A stretch of 64,000 nucleotides of DNA. Origin: Thermodesulfobacteriota bacterium (GTDB lineage Bacteria > Desulfobacterota_D > UBA1144 > Nemesobacterales > Nemesobacteraceae). This document shows positions 19,514 through 28,885 of the stretch, piece by piece; position 1 is the stretch's first letter, and the number at the start of each line of letters is the position of its first letter. A program made the translations under genes and the position numbers. The stretch spans positions 1,440,001-1,504,000 of the forward strand of contig OZ241855.1 of the NCBI GenBank assembly GCA_965202785.1. The letters run 5' to 3'. The notes under the pieces were generated by a model. It saw nothing but the letters and a program-made list of their open reading frames with translations. It did no database searches and was not told the origin of the DNA.

Positions 19514-20788
19514 ATGAGAAAAACGGCATTACATGCTTTTTTAATTTCTTTTTTCTTTTTTTCTTCAGTTGTGGGTTCCTCGGCTACGGCACAGGTGTCG
19601 GGAGAGTCGGTTTTTATCGAGGGCAAATGCGTAAGATGCCATACAATTGGAAAGGGAAGGTTCGTAGGTCCCGATCTTCTGGGTGTAGGGGAGAGGTACT
19701 CAAGAGATGATCTGATCAGATGGGCCAAGAATCCGGAAAGCCTCTATGCTGAAAGAAAGAAAAAACCGATAAACGAAGGCTATCCACCGATGCCTCCCAT
19801 GAATCTTTCAGAAAGCGATGCTCAGAGAGTTACTGACTACCTGCTGGAGTACACGCCTCCCCCAGGCCTTTCCGAAAGCGGGACGATAATGGGTCAGGTA
19901 AGGAACATCACGACAGGGAAGCCGCAGGAGGGCCAGGATGTCGTTTTGATCTCGTACATGGGAGACAGAAAGGAAGAACGGCATTTCGCCAAATCGGATT
20001 CGCTGGGTGTGTTTTCTTTTTCCTCTCTGCGGTGGGACAGAAGCTATGAGATCATGCTTTTTCACGAGGGAGTTCAGTATGTTTCGGGAAAGATGGTCTT
20101 TCTTCCAGGAAAGGACGAGATCACCCTTGATCTCCCGGTCTACGATACCACGAGTTTGGATGAAAACATCTCTTTGCGATCGCTGAACTTGATTGTCTAC
20201 CCGGATAACGGGGGTACCAGCGTGAATGTAACCTCACTTTATGTTTTTGAGAATTCGGGCGACACCGTTTTTACCGGAGAGCAGGCGGGCTCGGATACGA
20301 CGACCCTTGTTTTCTCGATTCCCGAGGAGACTGAGGATGTTACTTTTTCGGACAGTGTCAATCCAGAGGCGGCTGAGAGAAAGGGAGAGAAGCTTTACAG
20401 CAAACTTCCTTTTCTTCCGGGAATGAAAAGAATTGCTCTTGGTTATTCCCTCCCTCTTTCCCAGATCGGGGAGAAGTTCTCGATAGGCTTTGACTATGAA
20501 GTTGCCGATCTTGCGGTGTTTGTAAGGAAAACAGAGCTTGGAATCCGGGTCAAACAGCCCGGGGCGGTTGCAGAAGAGGTCATGATTCACGACGAGGCGT
20601 TTTTGAAATACGTGCTATCCGACTTAGAACCCGGAAGCGTAAAGGTAGTTGTTTCCAATATTTCCTTTCTTAAAAGCAACCTCGGCAAATATCTGCCCGT
20701 GATACTCTTTTTTCTCTTTGCGGTAGCGGGAGTGATGTATTTTTTCTACGGGAAAAACAGGTTTTCAAGTATGAACTCAGACAAATAA
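19514..20788 (+). CDS. Secreted, C-terminally anchored monoheme cytochrome c fused to beta-sandwich (carboxypeptidase-regulatory-like) domains
   Basis: Signal peptide, CVRCH, GPDL, PPMPPM (candidate Met ligand), GTIMGQVRN..TGKP, C-terminal TM helix. Confidence 0.8.
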   Translation: MRKTALHAFLISFFFFSSVVGSSATAQVSGESVFIEGKCVRCHTIGKGRFVGPDLLGVGERYSRDDLIRWAKNPESLYAERKKKPINEGYPPMPPMNLSESDAQRVTDYLLEYTPPPGLSESGTIMGQVRNITTGKPQEGQDVVLISYMGDRKEERHFAKSDSLGVFSFSSLRWDRSYEIMLFHEGVQYVSGKMVFLPGKDEITLDLPVYDTTSLDENISLRSLNLIVYPDNGGTSVNVTSLYVFENSGDTVFTGEQAGSDTTTLVFSIPEETEDVTFSDSVNPEAAERKGEKLYSKLPFLPGMKRIALGYSLPLSQIGEKFSIGFDYEVADLAVFVRKTELGIRVKQPGAVAEEVMIHDEAFLKYVLSDLEPGSVKVVVSNISFLKSNLGKYLPVILFFLFAVAGVMYFFYGKNRFSSMNSDK

Positions 20789-20791
20789 GAA

Positions 20792-21967
20792 ATGAGCGAC
20801 GCGCAGAAAAATCCACCGCCTTTACTTAACAGGAGCTTTGTCCTTGTAACCTTTCTTGGGTGTCTTTACTTCTTTAACTTTCATTCGTTTCTCCTTCTGC
20901 CCATTAGAATTTCTGAGCTGGGAGGAACTGAAAAGATAGTTGGATTCGTGATGGGAATCGCAGGGCTGAGCACCCTTTTTCTTACTCCTTACGCGGGTCA
21001 CATAACCGACAAATATGGAAAAAAGCTGTTTGTGCTGCTCGGGTTTGCACTGCTTGCCGCTTCAACTTTCCCACTGGCCTTCTTAGATAGAGTCGATTAC
21101 CTCTACTACGTTATCAGAATAGTTCACGGCTGTTCCTTTTCCCTTTTCTTCGTAGCGGCTGGGGCGCTTACGGTTGATGTCTCAAGCGAGCAGAGAAGGG
21201 CACAGGCGCTCGGCATATACGGTGTTTTCACGATAATAAACTATGCGATTGCTCCTTACGTTGGCTCCATTCTGATAAAGAATTTCGGTTTTGATTTCTT
21301 TATTTTCTTCCTCACCGCTACGGCGCTTCTGGGTCTTGTAGTTTCCTTTATGATCGGGGATAGAAAAAAAACGCCGGCGCCGGAAGACGAGGGACGAAGC
21401 TATGCGGACTGTCTTCGCGACAAGGCTACCTTCGTGTCTTCCGCCACGCTCTTTATATGCGGGGCGGCGTTTATAACGACATTTAATTTCATCTCTATCT
21501 TTTCACTCTCCATAAACATAGAGAACTTTCACATGTATTTTCTTTCCTACACCGTTTCGGTGCTTGCAATCAGGTTGTTTCTCGGCTGGGTTCCCGACAG
21601 ATACGGAAAGTGGAGAGTCGCCTCCCCGTTTGTTTTCTTTCTGGGACTGAGTGTATTCATGCTGAGTTTTGTGTACGAGGTTAAACTTCTTGTTCTCTGC
21701 GGAATCATATTCGGCTGCGCGCACGGATTTGTGTATCCTTCGATATATTCAATCATAATAGAATCGAATCCTAAGGAGGCTAGGGCGAAGGCTTTTGCCA
21801 TAAGCAGCGTTTCGTTCACAGGCGGCGGAATGTTGGGGTCTTTTGTTTTCGGAGTGGTAGCCGAGCTTTTCGGATTCAGGACGATGTTTGTTTCAATAGC
21901 ACTTATGGTCTTCCTAGGTTTTCTGTTTTTCGCCAGAAGTTCAGCTTTAAAGGAACGCGGAGTATGA
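20792..21967 (+). CDS. MFS transporter
   Basis: About 12 TM helices; motif A in both halves (GHITDKYGKK, GWVPDRYGKW). Confidence 0.93.
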   Translation: MSDAQKNPPPLLNRSFVLVTFLGCLYFFNFHSFLLLPIRISELGGTEKIVGFVMGIAGLSTLFLTPYAGHITDKYGKKLFVLLGFALLAASTFPLAFLDRVDYLYYVIRIVHGCSFSLFFVAAGALTVDVSSEQRRAQALGIYGVFTIINYAIAPYVGSILIKNFGFDFFIFFLTATALLGLVVSFMIGDRKKTPAPEDEGRSYADCLRDKATFVSSATLFICGAAFITTFNFISIFSLSINIENFHMYFLSYTVSVLAIRLFLGWVPDRYGKWRVASPFVFFLGLSVFMLSFVYEVKLLVLCGIIFGCAHGFVYPSIYSIIIESNPKEARAKAFAISSVSFTGGGMLGSFVFGVVAELFGFRTMFVSIALMVFLGFLFFARSSALKERGV

Positions 21968-22356
21968 GCAAAGAACCCATAAGACTTCCTTCCGGTCACC
22001 CGGAGATTTTCGACACGATGAAAATAGAGATCCAACGCATGGAGAACGGGGAGGCAGAGCTCTCCATGCCGTTTCTTGAAGAGTATACGCAGCACTACGG
22101 AATGCTCCACGGCGGCGCCATTTTCACCTTGGCGGATGCGGCCTGCGGAGTCGCGGTTGCCAGTGTCGCAAGAGAAGGGAAAAAGTTCCTTACGTCCGGA
22201 ATGAATATAAATTACCTGGAGCCCATTACAGAAGGTGTTACGGTTTGTCGCGCCAAAGTGCTTAGGCAAGGCAGAATAATGCCCGTTGAGAGCGAGGTTT
22301 GGAATTCGGGTGTTTGCGTGGCCAAGGCTAGTGCTATTTATACTTTAGTTGACTGA
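21964..22356 (+). CDS. PaaI family hotdog thioesterase
   Basis: QHYGMLHGGAIFTLAD, INYLEP. Confidence 0.92.
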   Translation: MSKEPIRLPSGHPEIFDTMKIEIQRMENGEAELSMPFLEEYTQHYGMLHGGAIFTLADAACGVAVASVAREGKKFLTSGMNINYLEPITEGVTVCRAKVLRQGRIMPVESEVWNSGVCVAKASAIYTLVD

Positions 22357-22362
22357 TCTTCA

Positions 22363-23097
22363 CTAAATATCTCCGAAGCGGGACTGAAAAAGCACTAAGC
22401 TTACCACTGAAGCCGTTTCCGCTCTCAGTATTCTTTTTCCAAGCCCGAGGGTTATGTAACCGTTTTCCTTTGCCAGGGTGATTTCTTCTTTCGAAAAACC
22501 CCCTTCGGGACCTATATAAACATTTATGCTGTCTACGGGTTTTGTGAGGGAATCCATGTAGTCCCCGAGCAGTTCACCCTGATTCTCATAAAGTATTATT
22601 TTCATCTCGCTTTGCTTTCTCACTCCAAAGGAATTCCGGAAATCAACCGGCTCGGAAACCAAAGGCGGTGTTGCTCTTCCGCACTGCTTTGTTGATTCCA
22701 GCGCTATCTTGTTCCATCTGTCTATCTTGGAAGTTGATCTTACTTGGGTTCTTTCCGAAATTACCGGAAAAATCTCTGATACGCCGAGCTGCGTTGCCTG
22801 ACTGATTACCCCGTCCATCCTGTTTCCCTTGAGAATCGCCTGGAAGAGATTCAGTTCCAGTTCCGGTTCAGTCTGCAGACGGCGGGTGCTGTGAACCCGG
22901 AGGGCGATGGCTCCAGAAGAGATGTCCGTCAGGATGCCCTCATACTCGGTGGATTCAGTGTCAAAAACGGTTATTCGATCCCCCGCTCCGAGCCTCAATA
23001 CTTTCGTTATATGCGTGTAATCGCTCTCGGATATTGTTCCGCGAAGCATCCCGTCGTCTTCTGTGGATGGTTCTTTTCTGATAGGAAATCTTGGCAT
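22363..23097 (-). CDS. rsmE: 16S rRNA m3U1498 methyltransferase
   Basis: HITKVLRL, ATQLGV, ESTKQCGR, IGPEGGFS, LGKRILRAETA; ATG at 23097 preferred. Confidence 0.95.
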   Translation of the reverse strand: MPRFPIRKEPSTEDDGMLRGTISESDYTHITKVLRLGAGDRITVFDTESTEYEGILTDISSGAIALRVHSTRRLQTEPELELNLFQAILKGNRMDGVISQATQLGVSEIFPVISERTQVRSTSKIDRWNKIALESTKQCGRATPPLVSEPVDFRNSFGVRKQSEMKIILYENQGELLGDYMDSLTKPVDSINVYIGPEGGFSKEEITLAKENGYITLGLGKRILRAETASVVSLVLFQSRFGDI

Positions 23098-23110
23098 TTC
23101 AAGTCGCCTT

Positions 23111-24622
23111 TTATGAGAGGTATAGGTCCAGGACTTTTTCCTTGAGACCACGGGTTGTGTGAATGTCGGCAGTTGCTACGGGGGTAAAACCGCAGCCAAG
23201 CAATGTTGCGGCCGTTATAGGTCCTATGCATGCAAATCCGGTCTTGGCGAAAAGTTTCGGGTCTTTTCCAAGAAGTGAGAAGAAATTCGTTACGGTCGAG
23301 GAGCTTGTGAACGTTACGAGGTCTATCTCTGCGTCGGAGAATCTCATCTTAATCAAGTCAAGTTCTTCCGTTGTATAGTCTGGAACAAGAGTCTCATAAA
23401 CGCAGAGCACTTCCACCATGGCTCCCATCGCCCGCAGGGTTTCAGGGAGAAATTCTCTTGCCACAAGTGCCCTTGGGATAAGTATTTTCTTGCCGTCGAG
23501 GTTTAGTTTCTCTGCAAGCGAAATTATTCCTTCGGCCGTATAGACCGCTGGCATGTAATCCGCCGTAAGATTGTACTTTAGCAATTCTTCCGACGTTTTC
23601 TCTCCTATGGCTATTATCATTTTGCCTTTTAGGTCGCGCGAGTCCTTTCCATGAGAGGTCAGCACCTCAAAATAGTTGCTGACTCCGTTTACGCTTGTGA
23701 ACACCAGAAAGTCGTAGTCTCCGAGGTTCCGTACCGAAAGTTGTTGTTCTCCCGTATCCCTTATGGGCTTTATTTCGATCGTGGGAAATTCGATGGTCTT
23801 TGCTCCGCAGGAGGCGAGGAGTTCTCCGAACTCGGATGAAGCTTCTTTTTCTCTTGTTACCATTATAGTTTTTCCGAAAAGAGGCTTTTTTTCATACCAT
23901 CCTATCGCTTCCGCAAGCGAGGCCACCTCTCCGACCACTATGGTTGCCGGGGTCTGGACGTCAAGAACTCTCGTTTTTTCCGCTATGTCGGAAATGGTTC
24001 CCACAACGGACGCCTGTTCGGGCAGCGTGCCGCAGGATATGATGGCCACGGGAGTAGACGGTTCCTTTCCGAGCTCAAGCAGTTTTTTCATTATGCTCTC
24101 GATGTTGCTTAGTCCCATGAGGAATACCAGTGTTTCTATCTGAGCCGGGTCGTAGTCAAAATCCTCTCCTTGATGATGTCCGGTAAAAACCGCGAAAGAA
24201 GAATTGTATTGTCTGTGAGTAATGGGAATTCCTCCGTAAGCCGGCACCGCGGTAACGGAGCTTACTCCCGGGACAATCTCGATATCGATGCCGTTCTGAA
24301 CTATCGCCTCGGCTTCCTCTCCGCCCCTTCCGAAAACAAAGGGATCGCCCCCTTTTAGTCTGGCTACCGTCTTGCCCTCTTTTGCCTTGCTTATAAGAAG
24401 CTCATTTATCTCTTCTTGGGATATATGGGCCCGCCCAATTGTCTTGCCTGCAAAGAGAAGTTCCGCGTCGGGGCGGCAGAACTTAAGAATCTGTGGATTT
24501 ACCAGAGAGTCATAGATTACCACTTGGGCTTCCCCGAGCAGTTTCTTTCCCTTTAGGGTAAGGAGCCCCGCATCGCCGGGACCCGCGCCGATCAGATAAA
24601 TCCTGCCTTTTTTTTCGCTCAT
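23111..24622 (-). CDS. cobA: Fused uroporphyrinogen-III C-methyltransferase / uroporphyrinogen-III synthase (CobA-HemD)
   Basis: GAGPGD and RLKGGDPFVFGRGGEE, then HemD motifs FTSVNGV, FTSSSTV, CIGPIT. Confidence 0.95.
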   Translation of the reverse strand: MSEKKGRIYLIGAGPGDAGLLTLKGKKLLGEAQVVIYDSLVNPQILKFCRPDAELLFAGKTIGRAHISQEEINELLISKAKEGKTVARLKGGDPFVFGRGGEEAEAIVQNGIDIEIVPGVSSVTAVPAYGGIPITHRQYNSSFAVFTGHHQGEDFDYDPAQIETLVFLMGLSNIESIMKKLLELGKEPSTPVAIISCGTLPEQASVVGTISDIAEKTRVLDVQTPATIVVGEVASLAEAIGWYEKKPLFGKTIMVTREKEASSEFGELLASCGAKTIEFPTIEIKPIRDTGEQQLSVRNLGDYDFLVFTSVNGVSNYFEVLTSHGKDSRDLKGKMIIAIGEKTSEELLKYNLTADYMPAVYTAEGIISLAEKLNLDGKKILIPRALVAREFLPETLRAMGAMVEVLCVYETLVPDYTTEELDLIKMRFSDAEIDLVTFTSSSTVTNFFSLLGKDPKLFAKTGFACIGPITAATLLGCGFTPVATADIHTTRGLKEKVLDLYLS

Positions 24623-24860
24623 GGAACCGTGGATTGCTGGGGGGAGACCCCGGAGAAATTCACCTGTCTGTTTCTTTATACATTACACCTGAAGCGAAAA
24701 ACGGTGTCGCAACGCCGCTTTCCGCCTGTCCTCTGCTCCAAAATTATATTATTTCTCATGGGTCGCCTCCTGTAAAATCACTGAAAGGCTGTTTCTGGGA
24801 CTGCGGTTGAGTCTTTCTTTGTTTATGATGGCCGTACGGGTGGTTAGAATAATCCCCGAA

Positions 24861-26879
24861 ATGGATTCCGGGAAATCTCTGTTTAATCTCAAAAGCCCTT
24901 TTGAACCCAAGGGAGATCAGCCCCGTGCCATTTCCGCATTGGGCAAAGGGCTGAAACTAGGGTGCAAGGATCAGGTTCTCCTTGGAGTTACCGGAAGCGG
25001 CAAGACCTTTACCATAGCCCAGGTTATCCGTGACGCGGGACGTCCAACACTGATACTTGTTCACAACAAGACCTTAGCTGCGCAGATATACGCCGAGTTG
25101 CGCGATTTTTTCCCCGACAACGAAGTTCACTATTTCGTGAGCTACTATGACTACTACCAGCCCGAAGCCTATATCCCCGAGACCGACACGTACATAGAGA
25201 AAGACGCATCCATAAACGAATACATAGACCGCATGCGCCACGCCGCCACCAAGGCTCTTTTCAGACGAAGGGATGTGATAATCGTCTCAAGCGTTTCGGC
25301 TATCTACGGAATCGGAGCGCCCAAGGTTTATTACGGCATGCTTACCGAGATCGAAGTGGGAATGGAGATCTCAAGAAATGATTTCGCCCTCAGGCTTGAG
25401 GAGGTGCGTTACGAAAGGAAGATCGACGAACTTGACAGGGGCACCTACAGGGTTAGGGGGGACGTGGTGGACGTGTTTCCCTCGCATGAGGAATCGACTG
25501 CGCTCAGAGTCGAGTTTTTCGGAGACTCCATAGAGACGATACGCGCTATAGACCCCCTAAGCGGCAGGGTCGCCGGGGAAGTCCGGGAAGTTTCCATTTT
25601 CCCGGGTTCTCATTACGTGGCTCCCAAAAGCATCCTCGAAGAGGCAGTGGAGAGCATAGGCAGGGAGCTTGAGACGAGGCTCGCTGAACTCAAGGAGAGG
25701 GGTATGGGACTTGAGGCTGACCGTCTTGAGGAAAGGACCAAGTTTGATCTTGAGCTGCTAGGTACGATGGGTTTTTGTCCCGGTATCGAGAATTACTCAA
25801 GATACATTTCGGGGCGGCGTCCTGGAGAAGCCCCTTACACGCTTCTTGATTATTTTCCCGAAGATTTTCTATGCGTGATTGATGAAAGTCACCAGATGAT
25901 TCCGCAGCTTCGGGGCATGTACCTCGGTGACAGAAGCAGGAAGCTTTCTCTGGTTGAAAACGGTTTCCGGCTTCCTTCGGCGTTTGATAACCGCCCACTT
26001 AATTTTGAGGAGTTCGAAGCCAAGATCGGACAGGTGATATACGTTTCGGCTACCCCGGGGCCTTACGAATTCGCAGCGGCCCGCGGTAACGTCGTTGAGC
26101 AGATCATACGGCCGACGGGTCTTGCCGATCCCTTGATTGAAACCCGCACCGCCCAGAACCAGGTGGACGATCTGTTTGATGAACTAAGAAAAGTGGCTGC
26201 CGGAGGACAGAGGGCTCTTGTTACCACGCTTACAAAGAAGATGGCGGAAGACCTTACGGACTATTATCGGGAGCTCGGCCTACGGGTTGAATACCTGCAT
26301 TCGGAGATTGACACGCTCGAGAGAATAAAGATCGTAAGGGACTTAAGGGCCGCAAGATTTGACGTTCTGATCGGAATAAATCTTCTCCGGGAAGGACTCG
26401 ACATACCCGAGGTTTCCCTTGTCGCGGTGCTTGATGCCGACAAAGAAGGGTATCTTCGCTCAGAAACGTCGCTTGTTCAGGTTTTCGGCCGGGCAGCCAG
26501 AAATGTTTCGGGCAGGGTGATTCTCTACGCAGACACCATGACGGGGTCTATGCGCGCCGCCATGGCGGAAACCCGCAGAAGAAGAGATATTCAGATGGAG
26601 TACAACGCTAAAAACAATATAGTTCCGAGAAGCATCGAAAAGAACATAACCGACGTACTGGGTTCCATATACGAGTCTGACTACCTCGAGATTTCCGGTA
26701 CGGAGGAGGAAGATCTTCTCGATATCCCCCCGAACAAGATCCCGGGAGCTATAGCCAAGCTTTCAAGGGAGATGAAATCCGCCGCGAAGAAGCTTGAATT
26801 CGAGAAGGCGGCCGAATTCAGAAACAGGATAAAAAAACTGCAGGAACTGGAGCTTAAATACGCCGAAGGGGTCGCGTGA
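24861..26879 (+). CDS. uvrB: Excinuclease ABC subunit B
   Basis: GVTGSGKT, SYYDYYQPEAY, DESH, INLLREGLDIPEV, C-terminal UVR; ATG at 24861 preferred. Confidence 0.98.
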   Translation: MDSGKSLFNLKSPFEPKGDQPRAISALGKGLKLGCKDQVLLGVTGSGKTFTIAQVIRDAGRPTLILVHNKTLAAQIYAELRDFFPDNEVHYFVSYYDYYQPEAYIPETDTYIEKDASINEYIDRMRHAATKALFRRRDVIIVSSVSAIYGIGAPKVYYGMLTEIEVGMEISRNDFALRLEEVRYERKIDELDRGTYRVRGDVVDVFPSHEESTALRVEFFGDSIETIRAIDPLSGRVAGEVREVSIFPGSHYVAPKSILEEAVESIGRELETRLAELKERGMGLEADRLEERTKFDLELLGTMGFCPGIENYSRYISGRRPGEAPYTLLDYFPEDFLCVIDESHQMIPQLRGMYLGDRSRKLSLVENGFRLPSAFDNRPLNFEEFEAKIGQVIYVSATPGPYEFAAARGNVVEQIIRPTGLADPLIETRTAQNQVDDLFDELRKVAAGGQRALVTTLTKKMAEDLTDYYRELGLRVEYLHSEIDTLERIKIVRDLRAARFDVLIGINLLREGLDIPEVSLVAVLDADKEGYLRSETSLVQVFGRAARNVSGRVILYADTMTGSMRAAMAETRRRRDIQMEYNAKNNIVPRSIEKNITDVLGSIYESDYLEISGTEEEDLLDIPPNKIPGAIAKLSREMKSAAKKLEFEKAAEFRNRIKKLQELELKYAEGVA

Positions 26880-26880
26880 C

Positions 26881-26908
26881 AATCGGGTATTTCCTTGCCG
26901 ATTTTTTT
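26881..26908 (+). terminator. Possible intrinsic terminator after uvrB, overlapping the rimP promoter
   Basis: AATCGG/CCGATT stem followed by a T run. Confidence 0.45.
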
Positions 26909-26922
26909 GTTTTATGTAGAAT
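26895..26922 (+). promoter_or_regulatory. Promoter of the rimP-nusA-infB operon
   Basis: TTGCCG, 16 nt spacer, TAGAAT. Confidence 0.5.
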
Positions 26923-26936
26923 TTAAACCGCTTTGG

Positions 26937-26965
26937 AAAGAGTGGGTTTTTGCCCGCTCTTTTTT
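26937..26965 (+). promoter_or_regulatory. rimP leader terminator/attenuator hairpin
   Basis: AAAGAGTGGG-loop-CCCGCTCTTT then T run, resembling the conserved hairpin upstream of rimP. Confidence 0.8.
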
Positions 26966-26997
26966 GTTGAAGGGTTTGAAAGACACGGAGAATTTTT

Positions 26998-27486
26998 GTG
27001 GAAAAGGCTAACGACAAGCTTGAAAAAGCGGTTCTGGAGGTTCTTCACCCGATTGTGGAGGAGAATTCCTGCGAGCTTGTGGATATAAAGTATCTGAGGG
27101 AAAGAGGCGGCAGGATCCTGAGAATATACCTTGACAAGGAGGGCGGGGTCACCGTTGATGACTGCGCTAACGTGAGCAGGGAACTCGGCGTGGTTCTGGA
27201 TGCCTACGACATAATGCCGCAGCATTCTTACACGCTTGAGGTATCTTCTCCCGGTCTCAGGAGGCCCCTTAACAGGCAAAGCGACTACGAGAGGTTCAAG
27301 GGAAGGAAAGTAAAGATAAAGACCACGGATCCGGTCGATGACAGAAGGGTCTTTTCCGGAACGCTTCTCGGAATGGAAGGGGAAATGATTCTGTTGGAAG
27401 TTGATGGCCGTTCCTACAGCGTGCCTTTCGGCTCCGTCAGCAAGGCGAACTTGGAAATTGATTTTGGAAAAGGAGCGAGAAAATGA
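26998..27486 (+). CDS. rimP: Ribosome maturation factor RimP
   Basis: LRIYLDKEGGVTVDDCA, YTLEVSSPGLRRPL. Confidence 0.97.
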   Translation: MEKANDKLEKAVLEVLHPIVEENSCELVDIKYLRERGGRILRIYLDKEGGVTVDDCANVSRELGVVLDAYDIMPQHSYTLEVSSPGLRRPLNRQSDYERFKGRKVKIKTTDPVDDRRVFSGTLLGMEGEMILLEVDGRSYSVPFGSVSKANLEIDFGKGARK

Positions 27487-28838
27487 TTACGGAGCTGACG
27501 AGAGTTATAGATTCCGTAGGGAAGGACAAGGGCATTGACAGGGAACGCATAATAAGCGCGGTTGAGGAAGCGGTTCTGTCCGCCGCCGAGAAGCTTCTCA
27601 AGTCGAAAAATCAGGACAAGGAACTCGACGTTTACTATAATCCCGATGAGGGAGAGGTGGAGCTTTTCGAGTACAAAGAGGTTGTGGAAACCGTAACCGA
27701 TCCCGAAATTGAGATTTCCCTCGCGGAAGCGTCCGAACTCGATCCCGAAACTGAACTTGGAGACATGATAGGCGTCAAGATAAGCCCCGAGTACACCAGG
27801 ATTGCCATTCACAACGCCAAGCAGAAAGTTCTCCAGAAACTCAAGGAGGCCGAAGGCAAGGTTATATATGAGGAATTTATCGGCAGGAAAGGAACCATAA
27901 TCGGCGGCATAGTGAGAAGGGTCGACAGAAGGCACATAATAGTTGATCTCGGAAGAGTTGAGGCCGTTCTGCCCCCGGAACAGCAGGTGCCGAGAGAGTA
28001 CTACAAGATGAAGGAAAGAATACGAGCGGTGCTTCTGGATATAAAGGAGTCCCCCAGGGGGGAACCGAGGCTTATCCTTTCAAGGGCTCACGTGAGTTTC
28101 GTGATGAGGCTTTTTGAATCGGAAGTCCCTGAAATCGCCGAGAATATAGTTGAGATAAAAGCTATCTCAAGAGACCCCGGCGGAAGAACGAAAATAGCCG
28201 TGGCGTCAAACGATTCGGATGTGGACGCGGTTGGTGCCTGCGTGGGAATGAGGGGCTCGAGGGTTCAGAGCATCATCCAGGAGCTCAGGGGCGAGAAGGT
28301 GGATATAGTTCCCTGGTCAGAAGACCCCGCCCGCTACGTCTGTAACGCCCTCTCTCCGGCTGTCGTGAACAAGGTCGTAATTGACGAGAACAGCCGCTCT
28401 ATGGAAGTCATAGTCGATGATGACCAGCTTTCTCTCGCTATCGGGAGAAAGGGACAGAACGTAAGGCTGGCATCGCAGCTTACCGAGTGGAAGATAGATA
28501 TAAAAACTGAGTCCAGAGTCAAGCAGGAACAGCAGGAAGTGCTCTCCCTTCTTACAAGCTTGCCGTCTGTAAGCGAGGTTACAGCAAGTCTTCTTTATAA
28601 TGACGGATTTTACTCTCTTGAACACATAGCTTTTTGCGAGCCGGATGTGCTCATGAAGGTTGGAAGTCTCAACGAAGACGAGGTCTCCACGCTTCAGAAA
28701 GCAGCCCGCGTGGCGCTTATGGAGAAACTTGAGGAAATGCCTGTTGAGACCGGAACGGAGGAGGTTCCGGATGCAGACGAGGTCAAGATATCATCGCCGA
28801 CCGGCGCAGAGGTACAGGATTCGCAAGAAGACAAGTAG
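27483..28838 (+). CDS. nusA: Transcription termination/antitermination factor NusA
   Basis: S1 and KH domains, RDPGGRTKIAV, GACVGMRGSRV, LAIGRKGQNVRLA. Confidence 0.98.
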   Translation: MITELTRVIDSVGKDKGIDRERIISAVEEAVLSAAEKLLKSKNQDKELDVYYNPDEGEVELFEYKEVVETVTDPEIEISLAEASELDPETELGDMIGVKISPEYTRIAIHNAKQKVLQKLKEAEGKVIYEEFIGRKGTIIGGIVRRVDRRHIIVDLGRVEAVLPPEQQVPREYYKMKERIRAVLLDIKESPRGEPRLILSRAHVSFVMRLFESEVPEIAENIVEIKAISRDPGGRTKIAVASNDSDVDAVGACVGMRGSRVQSIIQELRGEKVDIVPWSEDPARYVCNALSPAVVNKVVIDENSRSMEVIVDDDQLSLAIGRKGQNVRLASQLTEWKIDIKTESRVKQEQQEVLSLLTSLPSVSEVTASLLYNDGFYSLEHIAFCEPDVLMKVGSLNEDEVSTLQKAARVALMEKLEEMPVETGTEEVPDADEVKISSPTGAEVQDSQEDK

Positions 28839-28885
28839 CAAAAACCACCGGCCTGTCTCCCCAGGAGAGCGGGTTTTTTGGGAAT

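Noticed and set aside
24780-24860. SOS box upstream of uvrB (also looked upstream of rarA)
   Set aside because: No known LexA motif or shared palindrome recognised
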